Source: an uncultured delta proteobacterium (GTDB lineage Bacteria > Desulfobacterota > Binatia > UBA9968). Taken from it: a stretch of 64,000 nt of DNA. A model generated the notes under the pieces. It worked only from the letters and a program-made list of their open reading frames with translations, searched no databases and was not told the DNA's origin. Where the stretch lies: NCBI GenBank assembly GCA_963745835.1, contig CAVUZH010000003.1:1312001-1376000 (forward strand), given 5' to 3'. Positions 42,918 through 52,587 of the stretch are shown piece by piece; within the stretch, counting starts at the first letter, position 1, and the number at the start of each line of letters is the position of its first letter. A program made the translations under genes and the position numbers.

Positions 42918-42970
42918 TTCGCGTCACTTTCGGAAAGATCCCCAATCCAAAATCGCAAATCCAAAATTCT

Positions 42971-43765
42971 TCATTTCCCCTTCCAAACCGGCGCTCGTTT
43001 TTCGGCGAACGCCCGGGGACCTTCCTTGGCATCTTCCGTTATACCGACCAATGCCGAGAGATCAGCTTCCAACCGCAATCCTTCCTCCAGCGGCAGCTCC
43101 ACCCCCTTCTTGATCGCTTCCTTAATGAACGCAACGGACATCGGCGCGCCTTTAAGTATCCGTTCGGCGAGATCCTCTGTAGTTTTAAGCACGTCGGCAG
43201 AAGGCACCGCGTTATTCACCAATCCCAACGACTTCGCTTCAAGACCGCTTACCGTATCGCCGGTAAGACACATTTCCATGGCTTTGGTGACGCCTACCGC
43301 CCGAGTCAGGCGTTGCGTGCCGCCGGCGCCCGGAATGATACCGCGCCGAACTTCCGTGAGTCCCAGCTTGGCATCCTCAGCCGCGACCCGCAGATCGCAC
43401 GCCAGGGCAAACTCCAATCCGCCGCCGACACAGTAACCGCGAATCGCCGCGATAGTTGGCTTGGTGATCGCCGCTACAGCGCGTGCCTGGGTGTAAATTT
43501 TATTGGTCAATTTCTGCTGGCGCCGTTCGATGGGCGAAAATGATGTTTCCGCCCGCTCCTTGAGATCCATCCCTGCTGAAAACGCCTTTTCGCCGGCGCC
43601 TGTGAATATCGCCACACGAATCCCGCTATCCTCCTCCACTTGCTGGCAAACATCGACCAACTCCCGTGTCATCTGTCGATTCATTGCATTGAGTGAATCA
43701 GGCCGGTTGAAGGTTATGAAGGCAATCTGATCGCGGGTTTGGTAAAGTATGGTTTGGAAATCCAT
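42971..43765 (-). CDS. Enoyl-CoA hydratase (both catalytic Glu present)
   Basis: FSAGMDL, GGGLEFALACD, LGLTEV, GAGGTQRL. Confidence 0.93.
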   Translation of the reverse strand: MDFQTILYQTRDQIAFITFNRPDSLNAMNRQMTRELVDVCQQVEEDSGIRVAIFTGAGEKAFSAGMDLKERAETSFSPIERRQQKLTNKIYTQARAVAAITKPTIAAIRGYCVGGGLEFALACDLRVAAEDAKLGLTEVRRGIIPGAGGTQRLTRAVGVTKAMEMCLTGDTVSGLEAKSLGLVNNAVPSADVLKTTEDLAERILKGAPMSVAFIKEAIKKGVELPLEEGLRLEADLSALVGITEDAKEGPRAFAEKRAPVWKGK

Positions 43766-43780
43766 TGAGTGCTACCTCTT

Positions 43781-44848
43781 CTAACGCGGTTTTGTTTTCC
43801 TCTCCTGTTGAAGCTTCTGTAGAAACGACAAATCGAGAAGCTCTTCGGCTTTTAACCCCATGCCGGCAAGGTTCTTATCGTTGGCGATGACATTCTCGAT
43901 TGCCTTGGCGGTAATAAACGGCAGCCCCGGTGTCACCTGGCTATAGGCGCGGCGCGTTTCCTCAAGCTCTTCAATCGCCTTGGATCTGAAATATTGGCCA
44001 AGGTACTCGAGAACCTTTTCTTTATTATTCTCGTCGCGATAAAAATCCATGCCGTCAGCTAACCCGCGCATAAAATTCATCACCGTCTCCGGTTCGGCGC
44101 GAATAAACGACGTCGTCGTCACCACGCCGGAAATGGTGTATTCGAAATCGACCTTGGCGAGATCGACGAAAATGGGAAGACCGGCCTTGCGCGCAAGCAA
44201 TGTGAGCGGCGGTTGCACGATGGTCCCTTGAACATGCCCACCGTTCAATGCGGCCCATCTCTCTCCGGCCGCGCCGACGGCGACGATCGTCACGTCTTTC
44301 TCCGGGTTCAAACCAACCTGGCGCAGCGCATAACGCGCAACGAAATCCGAGCTCGAGCCGATCTGGCTTACAGCGATCCGTTTCCCTTTTAAGTCCGCCG
44401 GAGTTTTAATCGTCGAATTGCCCACCAGGATGTAATCGAGCTTGTTGCCGACAGCGCCGACGTATCGAAGCTCCTTTGCCCCCTGCGCCCAGGCATTAAC
44501 AATCGCCGATGCGCCTTGCATTTCGATCAACACGTCCCGGGCAAGCAGCGCCTGCACGCCCTGAACCCCGCCCCGGATGAAAATCGGTCGAACACGGATG
44601 CCGTGTTTTTCAAATGATCCAGAGCGGTGCGCCACCCAGAAATAGCTCGTCGAACCGCCAAATGGATAGCCGATGTTGAGCTCGCGAAAGGATTTGGATT
44701 GAGCAAGAAGCAGGGAAGGCGCTAACGAAATTAATAGGATAAGAACTAAAATAACGGCTAGTGTGTAAACCGAAGAATATAATTTTGAATTTTGGATTTT
44801 GGATTTTATATTATCGGATAAGAAAGTCTCTGGGCTCCTTAACTTCAT
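43781..44848 (-). CDS. ABC substrate-binding protein, SsuA/NMT1-like
   Basis: FWVAHRSGSFEKHG, DLKGKRIAVSQIGS; GGAGG RBS. Confidence 0.87.
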   Translation of the reverse strand: MKLRSPETFLSDNIKSKIQNSKLYSSVYTLAVILVLILLISLAPSLLLAQSKSFRELNIGYPFGGSTSYFWVAHRSGSFEKHGIRVRPIFIRGGVQGVQALLARDVLIEMQGASAIVNAWAQGAKELRYVGAVGNKLDYILVGNSTIKTPADLKGKRIAVSQIGSSSDFVARYALRQVGLNPEKDVTIVAVGAAGERWAALNGGHVQGTIVQPPLTLLARKAGLPIFVDLAKVDFEYTISGVVTTTSFIRAEPETVMNFMRGLADGMDFYRDENNKEKVLEYLGQYFRSKAIEELEETRRAYSQVTPGLPFITAKAIENVIANDKNLAGMGLKAEELLDLSFLQKLQQERKTKPR

Positions 44849-44898
44849 TCTATCCTCCGATCTTCAATCTAAAATCCAAAATCGAGAATCCAAAATCG

Positions 44899-45318
44899 TC
44901 ATCCCGCCAACTCAAAACATGGCAGTTTGATTTCCGGGTTGTGCGTCTGCTCAAAAACGACCTTCACCTTGTCGCCGAGCTTTACCTTCTCTTTCTTCTC
45001 GCCCACCAGTTTACTCTCGACGATGACCCCTTCGTCTAAAATTACATTGATATAATAAATCGGAACCTCATCTTTGAAGGCGGGATTGCGTGGCACACGC
45101 ACCAGAGTAAAACTGTGAATCTTGCCTGTGCCCTTACATTCGATCCAATCGAGCTCGCCGAAACAATCGACGCAGGCGACCCGCGGAAAAAACTGCACCT
45201 TGCCGCAGGCGCGGCATTTTTGCAGCAAGAACTTACTGTGGGCGGCGCCTTCCCAGAACGGCTGGTCGACCTTATTCACCTTGGGTATGCTCTTCTGAGG
45301 CATTCTTGCTTCTGCCAT
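44899..45318 (-). CDS. DUF35 Zn-ribbon/OB-fold protein
   Basis: PFWEG, QKCRACG..FPRVACVDC. Confidence 0.92.
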   Translation of the reverse strand: MAEARMPQKSIPKVNKVDQPFWEGAAHSKFLLQKCRACGKVQFFPRVACVDCFGELDWIECKGTGKIHSFTLVRVPRNPAFKDEVPIYYINVILDEGVIVESKLVGEKKEKVKLGDKVKVVFEQTHNPEIKLPCFELAG

Positions 45319-46469
45319 TATTGTCTCCTTTCCATGACCAGCGCCGCCGTGGTGCCGAGATTACGCCCGTAGTTGAGCCAACCGATGCCAGTGACCAGCG
45401 CGCGTTTCGCGTTCTTTACCTGGTGGCCATCGGCTTCGCCGCGCAATTGACGCAGCGCCTCGACGATGTGAAGAAATCCACCGGCCAGCCCAGCTTGACC
45501 CACCGACAACTCTCCACCGCCTGTGTTCACAGGGAAATCACCTTTGTAAGTGAGATCGTGCGCATCGACGAATTTTCCGCCGTCCCCTTTTTTGCAAAAC
45601 CCCAAATCTTCTATCTGAATCATGACCGCGATCGGGTAGTCGTCATAAATTTCCAGAAGATCGATATCCTCGTGCCGTACCTCGGAAAAGATGCGATCGC
45701 CGACCACCTTCATGCCGAAGGTGGTTTTATCGGGCATCATATTGGCGACTTGATAATGCGAGATCTCAGCGTCGGTGACCAGATAAACGAGCTTGTCCGT
45801 GATCTTTTTTGCTTTCTCTTCGGACGCCAGGATAACGCATTCGGCGCCGGAACACGGCATGACGCAATCGAAGAGCCGAATCGGATCGGAAATCATCCGC
45901 GAATTGAGATAATCCTGCATGCTCATCGTTTGGCGAAATAACGCCTGCGGATTGTTGAGCGCGTTTTCGCGCTGCGCCACGGCGATCTTGCCGATCTGTT
46001 CGAGTGTCGTGCCGTAGTTTTCCATGTGGAGGCGCTGAATCAGCGCCATCAAGGAATTCGGCCCGCCGTAACCATAAACGTCGACAAAGTTGGCGCGCTG
46101 ATATTCCAGCGGCCTTTGAGTGGGGAGACTTTTATCGAAAGAGTTGCCGCCCACCAGCACGGCAATATCGAGGTGGCCGCACTCTATGGCATCTGCGGCT
46201 CGGCGCGCGCTCATGACTCCGCCGGCGCCGCCATAGTCGCCGTTCAAAACCCAATCAACCTCAAGACCCAATTGCTCCGCGACGTGCGGCGAAAAATCCG
46301 GGCTGGCCTGGGTCGTGATCGAGAGCCCGCGCACCTCTTTCTTGTGCAGGCCGGCGCGCTCGAGCGCCTGTCGGATCGCATTAGCATAATGTGTCAACAC
46401 CGATTCTTCGGATTTCCTCGAGTATTCCGTCGAGCCGTAGCCAACTAAACAAACTCTTTTCCGTCGCAT
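45318..46469 (-). CDS. SCP2-type thiolase-family protein
   Basis: NPQA, LFDCVMPCSG, EIYDDY, VNTGGGELS; coupled to DUF35. Confidence 0.9.
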   Translation of the reverse strand: MRRKRVCLVGYGSTEYSRKSEESVLTHYANAIRQALERAGLHKKEVRGLSITTQASPDFSPHVAEQLGLEVDWVLNGDYGGAGGVMSARRAADAIECGHLDIAVLVGGNSFDKSLPTQRPLEYQRANFVDVYGYGGPNSLMALIQRLHMENYGTTLEQIGKIAVAQRENALNNPQALFRQTMSMQDYLNSRMISDPIRLFDCVMPCSGAECVILASEEKAKKITDKLVYLVTDAEISHYQVANMMPDKTTFGMKVVGDRIFSEVRHEDIDLLEIYDDYPIAVMIQIEDLGFCKKGDGGKFVDAHDLTYKGDFPVNTGGGELSVGQAGLAGGFLHIVEALRQLRGEADGHQVKNAKRALVTGIGWLNYGRNLGTTAALVMERRQ

Positions 46470-46520
46470 GATTCTCTCCCTGGTTAATCTTTAGATAGAC
46501 TTTCGCTGATCACTTCTGGC

Positions 46521-47651
46521 TTAGCGCTTCAGGCCCACCTTCAAGAATGTTTGGCCCATAGCCCGGTTCAGCTCGGCTTCACGCCCATAGAGCAGACGTA
46601 GCATCCGCGTTTCTCGATAGAACCCTTCGAACGGAAACTCTTTACAGACGCCGTAGCCGCCATGGATCTGGATCGCGGTATCTGCGGCGCCAAATGCCAT
46701 GGTTGCGGATCTCTTTTTTGCCAGCGCCGCCGCATCGAAAAACGGCAAACTCTGATCGGCGCGGGAGGCAGCTTCTATAGTCAACCACGTGCAGCTGCGA
46801 AGATTCACTGACAAATCCGCCAGCATCCACTGAATTGCCTGACGCTGCGCCAGCGTTCTGCCGAACGTTTCGCGAGTTCGCGCATGCTCGATGGCGTCAG
46901 CCAAACAGCGCATGCCGATACCGAGGCAGCGCGCGGCAATGCGCAGCTGCTCGGCGGCAAGAATTTCTCCAGCCTCATATTCGTACCCGAGCAAGCGGCT
47001 TTCGGGAACTTCGAAATCACGCAGCTTCAGCCGCCCCATTGCCGCATCGTTTGTTAAATCGACTTCTTCCTCTATGGAGAGTCCGTGATCACTTTTTTGG
47101 ACCAGAAACAGGCCGATTCGGTGCGTCCCCTGTTCCCGGGCTGGCAGCAGGAACAAATCAGCGGATGGACTATAGATCGTGATCTCGCTGTTGCTGATGC
47201 TAAAGCCTGCGGCTCCAGGACGATAACGAGTACTAATTCCATCGAGGGTACCGGTTTTGTGAATCTGATCAAACGCCAAGGCCAAGGAGCACTTGCCGGC
47301 TTGCAGGTCTTTGGCGAAATCGGTCTTAGCCAACAGCGCCGGAGCGCAGGCTGGCTCGAACGGCAGGATGCTTCGGCCGAACTCGCGATAGACCAGAACC
47401 CGGCCCAAATAGCCGATTGGTTCGGCCCCGGACTCAGGCAACTCAAGCGTCCATACGCCTAACCGCTGCGCGATGCTTGTCAGTGTCTGATGAATGTCCG
47501 CATCCAATCGACGGCGCGGTGGATCGCCGGGCGGCAGGAAGTGTTCCCGTTGCCTGAGATAATCGCCTTCGCGCGTGAGCAATTCCTTTTTGACAAATTG
47601 AACTGCCGTGCTCTGAATCAGCTTCTCTTCTTCGTTCAGTTTGAAGTCCAT
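46521..47651 (-). CDS. Acyl-CoA dehydrogenase-like subunit (degenerate)
   Basis: RETFGRTLAQRQAIQWMLAD, QIHGGYG; LLYGRE where the catalytic Glu would be. Confidence 0.85.
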   Translation of the reverse strand: MDFKLNEEEKLIQSTAVQFVKKELLTREGDYLRQREHFLPPGDPPRRRLDADIHQTLTSIAQRLGVWTLELPESGAEPIGYLGRVLVYREFGRSILPFEPACAPALLAKTDFAKDLQAGKCSLALAFDQIHKTGTLDGISTRYRPGAAGFSISNSEITIYSPSADLFLLPAREQGTHRIGLFLVQKSDHGLSIEEEVDLTNDAAMGRLKLRDFEVPESRLLGYEYEAGEILAAEQLRIAARCLGIGMRCLADAIEHARTRETFGRTLAQRQAIQWMLADLSVNLRSCTWLTIEAASRADQSLPFFDAAALAKKRSATMAFGAADTAIQIHGGYGVCKEFPFEGFYRETRMLRLLYGREAELNRAMGQTFLKVGLKR

Positions 47652-47682
47652 GGTTTATCGCGAAATGATATCCGACTCCGCC

Positions 47683-48879
47683 TTATGGCAGTTCGAGGCC
47701 GGCAACGCCTTCACGAAAAAGCGCCCGCTGGATGATATGGCGCTGTATCTCGGAAGGACCTTCAATGATTCGCCGAGCGCGCGCGTGACGAAAATAACGC
47801 GCCAATACATGGCTCTTGCGCAGCATCGCTGGCCCGGCGATTTCCAGAGCGAAATCGACGATCTTGTGCAACAGTTCAGTGCCGAACAATTTAACGTTAG
47901 CCGCCTCCGAGCGAACGTCCATCTTCTGATCGGCTTTCCATGCGCCGAAATAACTTAAGGTCCGCAGCGCTTCCAATTCACCTAGAAAATAACCGATTCG
48001 CTCGACGAATTTACTCGCTTCGGCCGAGTCGCCGCCGAGCAACTGCGCGACAACTCGCAGAACCCGTTGCGCCATGCCGTGAGCGCGAATGCCGACTTGA
48101 AAACGACGCGCGCCCAGCCATGCTTGATTGAGCGCCCAGCCGTTACCGACTTCACCGAGAACTTGACTGCGAGGCACACGGCAATCTTCGAAGACCAGTT
48201 CGCAAGGCTCGCTGCCGGCGATCGTTTCGATGCTACGGGTCACGCGATACCCTGGCGTCCCGGTCTCGATTAAGAAACAAGTTACACCTTCCCTACCCTT
48301 CGTATCCGGCAAACGGGCGAACAGCTGCACGAAATCCGCCACGTCAGCGAAGGTCGGAAACATTTTTGTGCCGTTGATAATGAAGTGATCGCCATCCGGC
48401 ACCGCGATGGTTTGCAGCATCGAAGGATCGGCGCCCGAAGCAGGTTCGGTCAAGCCGAAGGCCGAGGTCTTCTCGCCGCGAATGCACGGCCAAAGAAACT
48501 TATCGATCTGATCGCCTTTGCAGTTGTACAGGATATTGGAAACGTGATTGCCAAACTCGAACGGGATGGCGCTTTTTTCCAGCTCCTCAGTAACAGCGAG
48601 CATCGCCACATTGCTCACTTGCATACCACCGTACTCTTTTGGAACATCGAGATGCCAAAGGCCTTGAGCCTCAGCCTGCGTCTCAAGATTTTCCATTATC
48701 TCGATGTAGCGTAGTATCACCGGATCGCGGCTTAATCTGGCGCGACTCTTCCACCGGCTGCCTTCGAAAATGTCGGGAGCATCTTCGAACTGCGGTTCGA
48801 GCGGAATCAAACGTTCGCGGACAAACTCCTCGACGGTCTTCCGCAAAGTCTCTTCTTCGGGTGACAAGCGAAAATCCAT
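47683..48879 (-). CDS. Acyl-CoA dehydrogenase
   Basis: FGLTEPASGAD, NGTKMF, IIEGPSEIQR. Confidence 0.92.
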   Translation of the reverse strand: MDFRLSPEEETLRKTVEEFVRERLIPLEPQFEDAPDIFEGSRWKSRARLSRDPVILRYIEIMENLETQAEAQGLWHLDVPKEYGGMQVSNVAMLAVTEELEKSAIPFEFGNHVSNILYNCKGDQIDKFLWPCIRGEKTSAFGLTEPASGADPSMLQTIAVPDGDHFIINGTKMFPTFADVADFVQLFARLPDTKGREGVTCFLIETGTPGYRVTRSIETIAGSEPCELVFEDCRVPRSQVLGEVGNGWALNQAWLGARRFQVGIRAHGMAQRVLRVVAQLLGGDSAEASKFVERIGYFLGELEALRTLSYFGAWKADQKMDVRSEAANVKLFGTELLHKIVDFALEIAGPAMLRKSHVLARYFRHARARRIIEGPSEIQRHIIQRALFREGVAGLELP

Positions 48880-49209
48880 CTAGGCTTTCCTCATACGAAT
48901 AATGACTCTGATCGTTTTAGCGGGCCCGGTCATGACAATGTCCAGCACCCCTTACCACACCTGAAAATAAACCAAAAGATAAAATCATCTATCGTCCAGT
49001 CTGCAGTAAGTACTTGCCCTCAGGAAGCTGGTTGAAATGTTGCGTCGCTTTTTACTTCAACAGATTATTTGAATCCGGGACATCATCACGTGACCAGGAA
49101 AATTTGAACCTTGCCGCCTCCCCAAGAGACAGCGGGAGCGGCGCGCTGAGATACTTTCGAGTGAATGTTCATCGCCCGCGACGAATTGGTAGAGCCAAAT
49201 GTTGCGACT

Positions 49210-50472
49210 CTAGCCGATCTGACCAGTCGCTTTGAGCCAAGAGCGATTTAGGCTTGCGAAGAACAGGCCCGCTACGATGTAAACAACAACCAGAGACCAT
49301 AACAAGGGCTCATAGGTATTCCAGCGGTCGAAGATCGCGCCGGCCACCACAGGTCCAATAACGCCTCCCCAGGTGTAAAACAAAGTCATATAACCCCGTA
49401 TCTGGGCGTAGTGCTTTCTGCCAAACAAGTCTCCAACCACCGCCCAACCCAGCGGAAAAGTAGTTTCTACAGCGGCAAAGAAGATTGTGAAGAGGCATAG
49501 TGACCAGAGCGAGTTTCCGGCAATGGGCAAGAACATGGCACCCGCGGCGGCAAACAAGATGAACGCGGTTAAGCGCGGCTTGTTCGTTTTATCTGCAAAC
49601 CACCCCAGGATGAGAGTCAAGGCCATTCCAAGAAACGCATAGACGCTCAACAACAAAGCCGCCTCCGACTGGCTCAAGCCTTTCCAAACCATCAGCGGCA
49701 CAAAATGAACGGCGATGGCATGATAGGAGCCATTGCGAATACCTGCGGCCAAGACGGAGCCCCAGAATGCAAAAGAGCGCAGCGCCTCGGCCAACGTCAC
49801 TTCGCGTTCCGATTTGATCTTGTGCTCGCTGCCGTCGTTGCCGGAGGCATGGCTCAAAGGCATGTCCCCGTCGGGCAGGAGTCCCATGCTTTCGGGCGAA
49901 CGCCGAATCGTCAAGGTCAAAGGTATGCCGATCACTAGAAACAAGATTCCGGCGATGGCTGCTCCCCAGCGCCATCCCCACGCCTGGACGACAACGCTTA
50001 GAAGTGGAGCAATGAGAACCCCGCCCAATCCGAAAGCGGCGCTGCTCACGGTTATGGCACGAGCGCGGTGTCGGATAAACCATGTGTTGATTAACACCAT
50101 TGGCGCATGCATGAATCCGCCTGCGTGAGCTAGAGAAATAACCGCTAAGTAAACGATCAAAAAACTGACATAGCTCTCAACCTGAGAGAGCAGCAGGTAA
50201 CCCATGCCCATAAGGAGAACCGCGGCCAGCATGATCGGCTTGGGACCGAAACGGCCTAGCAGGTGGCCTACGATGGGGCCTTCGATTGCCCCTTCCGCCC
50301 GCGCCAGTGAAAATGCCAAGGAGGTTGAGGTTCGATTCAAATTCAAATCTTGGGTCAGCGGAAGAAAGAACACGGTAAAACCGAAACTATGAAGTCCGGA
50401 GCCCAACACGCGCAGGGCGCACGCGGCAGCCACCATGCGCCAGCCGTAAAAAAGTCCGGTTAATTTGGGCAA
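49210..50472 (-). CDS. MFS transporter
   Basis: ~12 TM segments, GRFGPK, WGWRW, DLFGRKHY. Confidence 0.9.
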   Translation of the reverse strand: MPKLTGLFYGWRMVAAACALRVLGSGLHSFGFTVFFLPLTQDLNLNRTSTSLAFSLARAEGAIEGPIVGHLLGRFGPKPIMLAAVLLMGMGYLLLSQVESYVSFLIVYLAVISLAHAGGFMHAPMVLINTWFIRHRARAITVSSAAFGLGGVLIAPLLSVVVQAWGWRWGAAIAGILFLVIGIPLTLTIRRSPESMGLLPDGDMPLSHASGNDGSEHKIKSEREVTLAEALRSFAFWGSVLAAGIRNGSYHAIAVHFVPLMVWKGLSQSEAALLLSVYAFLGMALTLILGWFADKTNKPRLTAFILFAAAGAMFLPIAGNSLWSLCLFTIFFAAVETTFPLGWAVVGDLFGRKHYAQIRGYMTLFYTWGGVIGPVVAGAIFDRWNTYEPLLWSLVVVYIVAGLFFASLNRSWLKATGQIG

Positions 50473-50666
50473 AGAGACAGGTCCTGTAGGATGATTCGGA
50501 ATTACTTCAACGTTGACTTAGCACGACCTGGCGTAGAGGGAAAGCCAGACTACTCGTCTGCTCTGGCGCCAGACTTTCATCCAGCTTGTTTTTCGGCCCG
50601 GCAAATCATATCTATCGACCAGAGAATCATGAGTTGTTGACAGATGAGCAAATCTTCGGAAAGACT

Positions 50667-51020
50667 ATGTTCATGAAGTCCGAGCGTGAAAAACGGGAAG
50701 AAGAAATCGAGAGGCTGATGCGAGAAGCTGGCCTAAAACGAGAGCCCGACATCGCGTTTCAGGAAGCAATCAAGAAGGCGGCAGCTGCCATCGTTGAGGA
50801 AGATGCCAAGAAACTTGCGAAGACCGAGCGAGTGCCACGCGATTGGTCGATTAGCCCGACCACAGCCGCGCTGTGGCTGCTAGTGCTCGGAGCCGGCGTG
50901 GCGTTTTCAATGCCGAGCTTGGGCGCGGCGCTAATACTTTGCGGCATCGCGGTATTCGTCTGGGCCACTTTCCTGAGATCGTCCAAAAAGAAGGCGCGGC
51001 GTCGCCACATTCAAACCTAG
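50667..51020 (+). CDS. Hypothetical membrane protein
   Basis: Charged N-terminus, two C-terminal TM helices, basic tail. Confidence 0.6.
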   Translation: MFMKSEREKREEEIERLMREAGLKREPDIAFQEAIKKAAAAIVEEDAKKLAKTERVPRDWSISPTTAALWLLVLGAGVAFSMPSLGAALILCGIAVFVWATFLRSSKKKARRRHIQT

Positions 51021-51263
51021 TACTTTCATTGCTGCCCGGCTGGTTCTTTTCTACGGGATGATTCCGGAACATGATCGCGATTCATGTCAGCGGCCTTATC
51101 ACCACTCGGCCGGATAAGGTATTCCTCACTTTGAGGTACTTTCGTGCGCCAAGCCGTTCCGCTCCGGCGACCCAAATTGAACTTTCATTGACTCGCGCTT
51201 TTATATGCCCTTTGATACTTATGTGAACTTGGTTATCATTGATCACCCGCCTCCCAGTGGAAG

Positions 51264-51617
51264 ATGCCTAGAAAGGTTCTTGTTGTCGATAATGAATCCG
51301 CCAGTCGCAGAAACATTGCGTTTCTTTTACGGGAGCAAGGTTATGAAGTCGACGAAGCAGATGATGGGCTCACTGCATTAGACTTTTTAGATAAAAAGAA
51401 ATTCGATCTGTTAATCTGTGACGTCGTGATGCCGCGCGTGAGCGCGCTCGACGTGGTCCGCCGAATAGAATCGTCGCTCACATCCACTCCAGTTATCCTT
51501 ATAACTGGACACCCCGAATTGCTCGATGAGAAAAGCCTTGGACATTTACCCTGCTTCACCAAACCTTTCAATCTGTATGATCTACTCCGCAGAGTGAAAC
51601 AGTTGGTAGATGAATGA
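51264..51617 (+). CDS. Single-domain response regulator
   Basis: VLVVDN, DLLICDVVMP, ITGH, TKPF. Confidence 0.88.
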   Translation: MPRKVLVVDNESASRRNIAFLLREQGYEVDEADDGLTALDFLDKKKFDLLICDVVMPRVSALDVVRRIESSLTSTPVILITGHPELLDEKSLGHLPCFTKPFNLYDLLRRVKQLVDE

Positions 51618-52587
51618 TGTGTTCAGGGCTGGTTCTCCGACGGCGCTGAGCCGCGAATGAAGATAGAGTTTAGTCGTCGTCATGTGGAAGTTGCGCTTTC
51701 GGTGAACTCGATCGGTTGCGCGCTGAATACGCTCGGTCTAGCCGAGATTAATGTGGTCGTATAAGTGTCGCTCATTCGGTACACGATTCATCGTGAATAT
51801 CGAATATGACACATTACCGATCATGCTTCGGTTTAGTCTTCGCTAATCCATCTCTCTTGCTTCGCTGGAGTCATTCTTGCTTTATTTTTCTGGCGTGACG
51901 CATCTCATTCGTGAACTCACCCGCTTTGTACCTGATCGCGACACTATCACGGAAGTAGTTATCGTACTCGGGATAGTGCTGATGTTCTCTTCTTGTCGAA
52001 AACCAACAACCTGCAGAGCATTGCACGGCAGGTATCCCCTTATTCATCGGAAGCTTCACCAGCGATAAGTCAGAAGTAATTCCCCAAGACAGACTCAATG
52101 AATCGTGTGGGCGGGACCGATCGGAAGTCTGTGCACTTAAACGTGGCCGAAGGTTTTCACTACATTGCGAGCTACACCTCACAAAAACGTGGGTCGCAGT
52201 GAACGGCGGAATCTGCCAACTAAGGCAGTTTCTGCCAAGGATGGCTGCTTTTTAAATTAGGTTAATATCCTAAAACGCCGAGCCTGTCTGTGCATCTACT
52301 CGGCCCGCTCCTTGCGTTTTGGAGTAACAGCGGGAGGCACTGGACACCGTATTCGAGAAAAACATCAGGACGCCCATCAAGCAATACGGCGTCTCCCCTC
52401 CACAACCCTGCATGTCCCTCCTGGGACGTGTCCAACTCGCCTCCCGCGCACACCCAGTTCCGGTGCTGTTTAGCTTGAAGCTTTAGGGTCTTCGGTTGCA
52501 TACGCCGACTTAACGCCATGCTTGTCGAATTCGCGGCTGCTGTTACAGTTGAGTTAAAGCTTATCTACCCACACTGGAGGACTTCCA

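Noticed and set aside
42736-43543. Plus-strand ORFs of 125-261 aa (also 56437-57318 and 34114-34917)
   Set aside because: They are antisense or alternate-frame shadows of well-supported genes, with no recognisable motifs.
35114-44897. Short repeats as a CRISPR array
   Set aside because: They are 6-9-nt tandem units without spacers, and no cas genes are present.
51620-52560. Short ORFs between the response regulator and the small lipoprotein
   Set aside because: No RBS or motif support; probably pseudogene debris.
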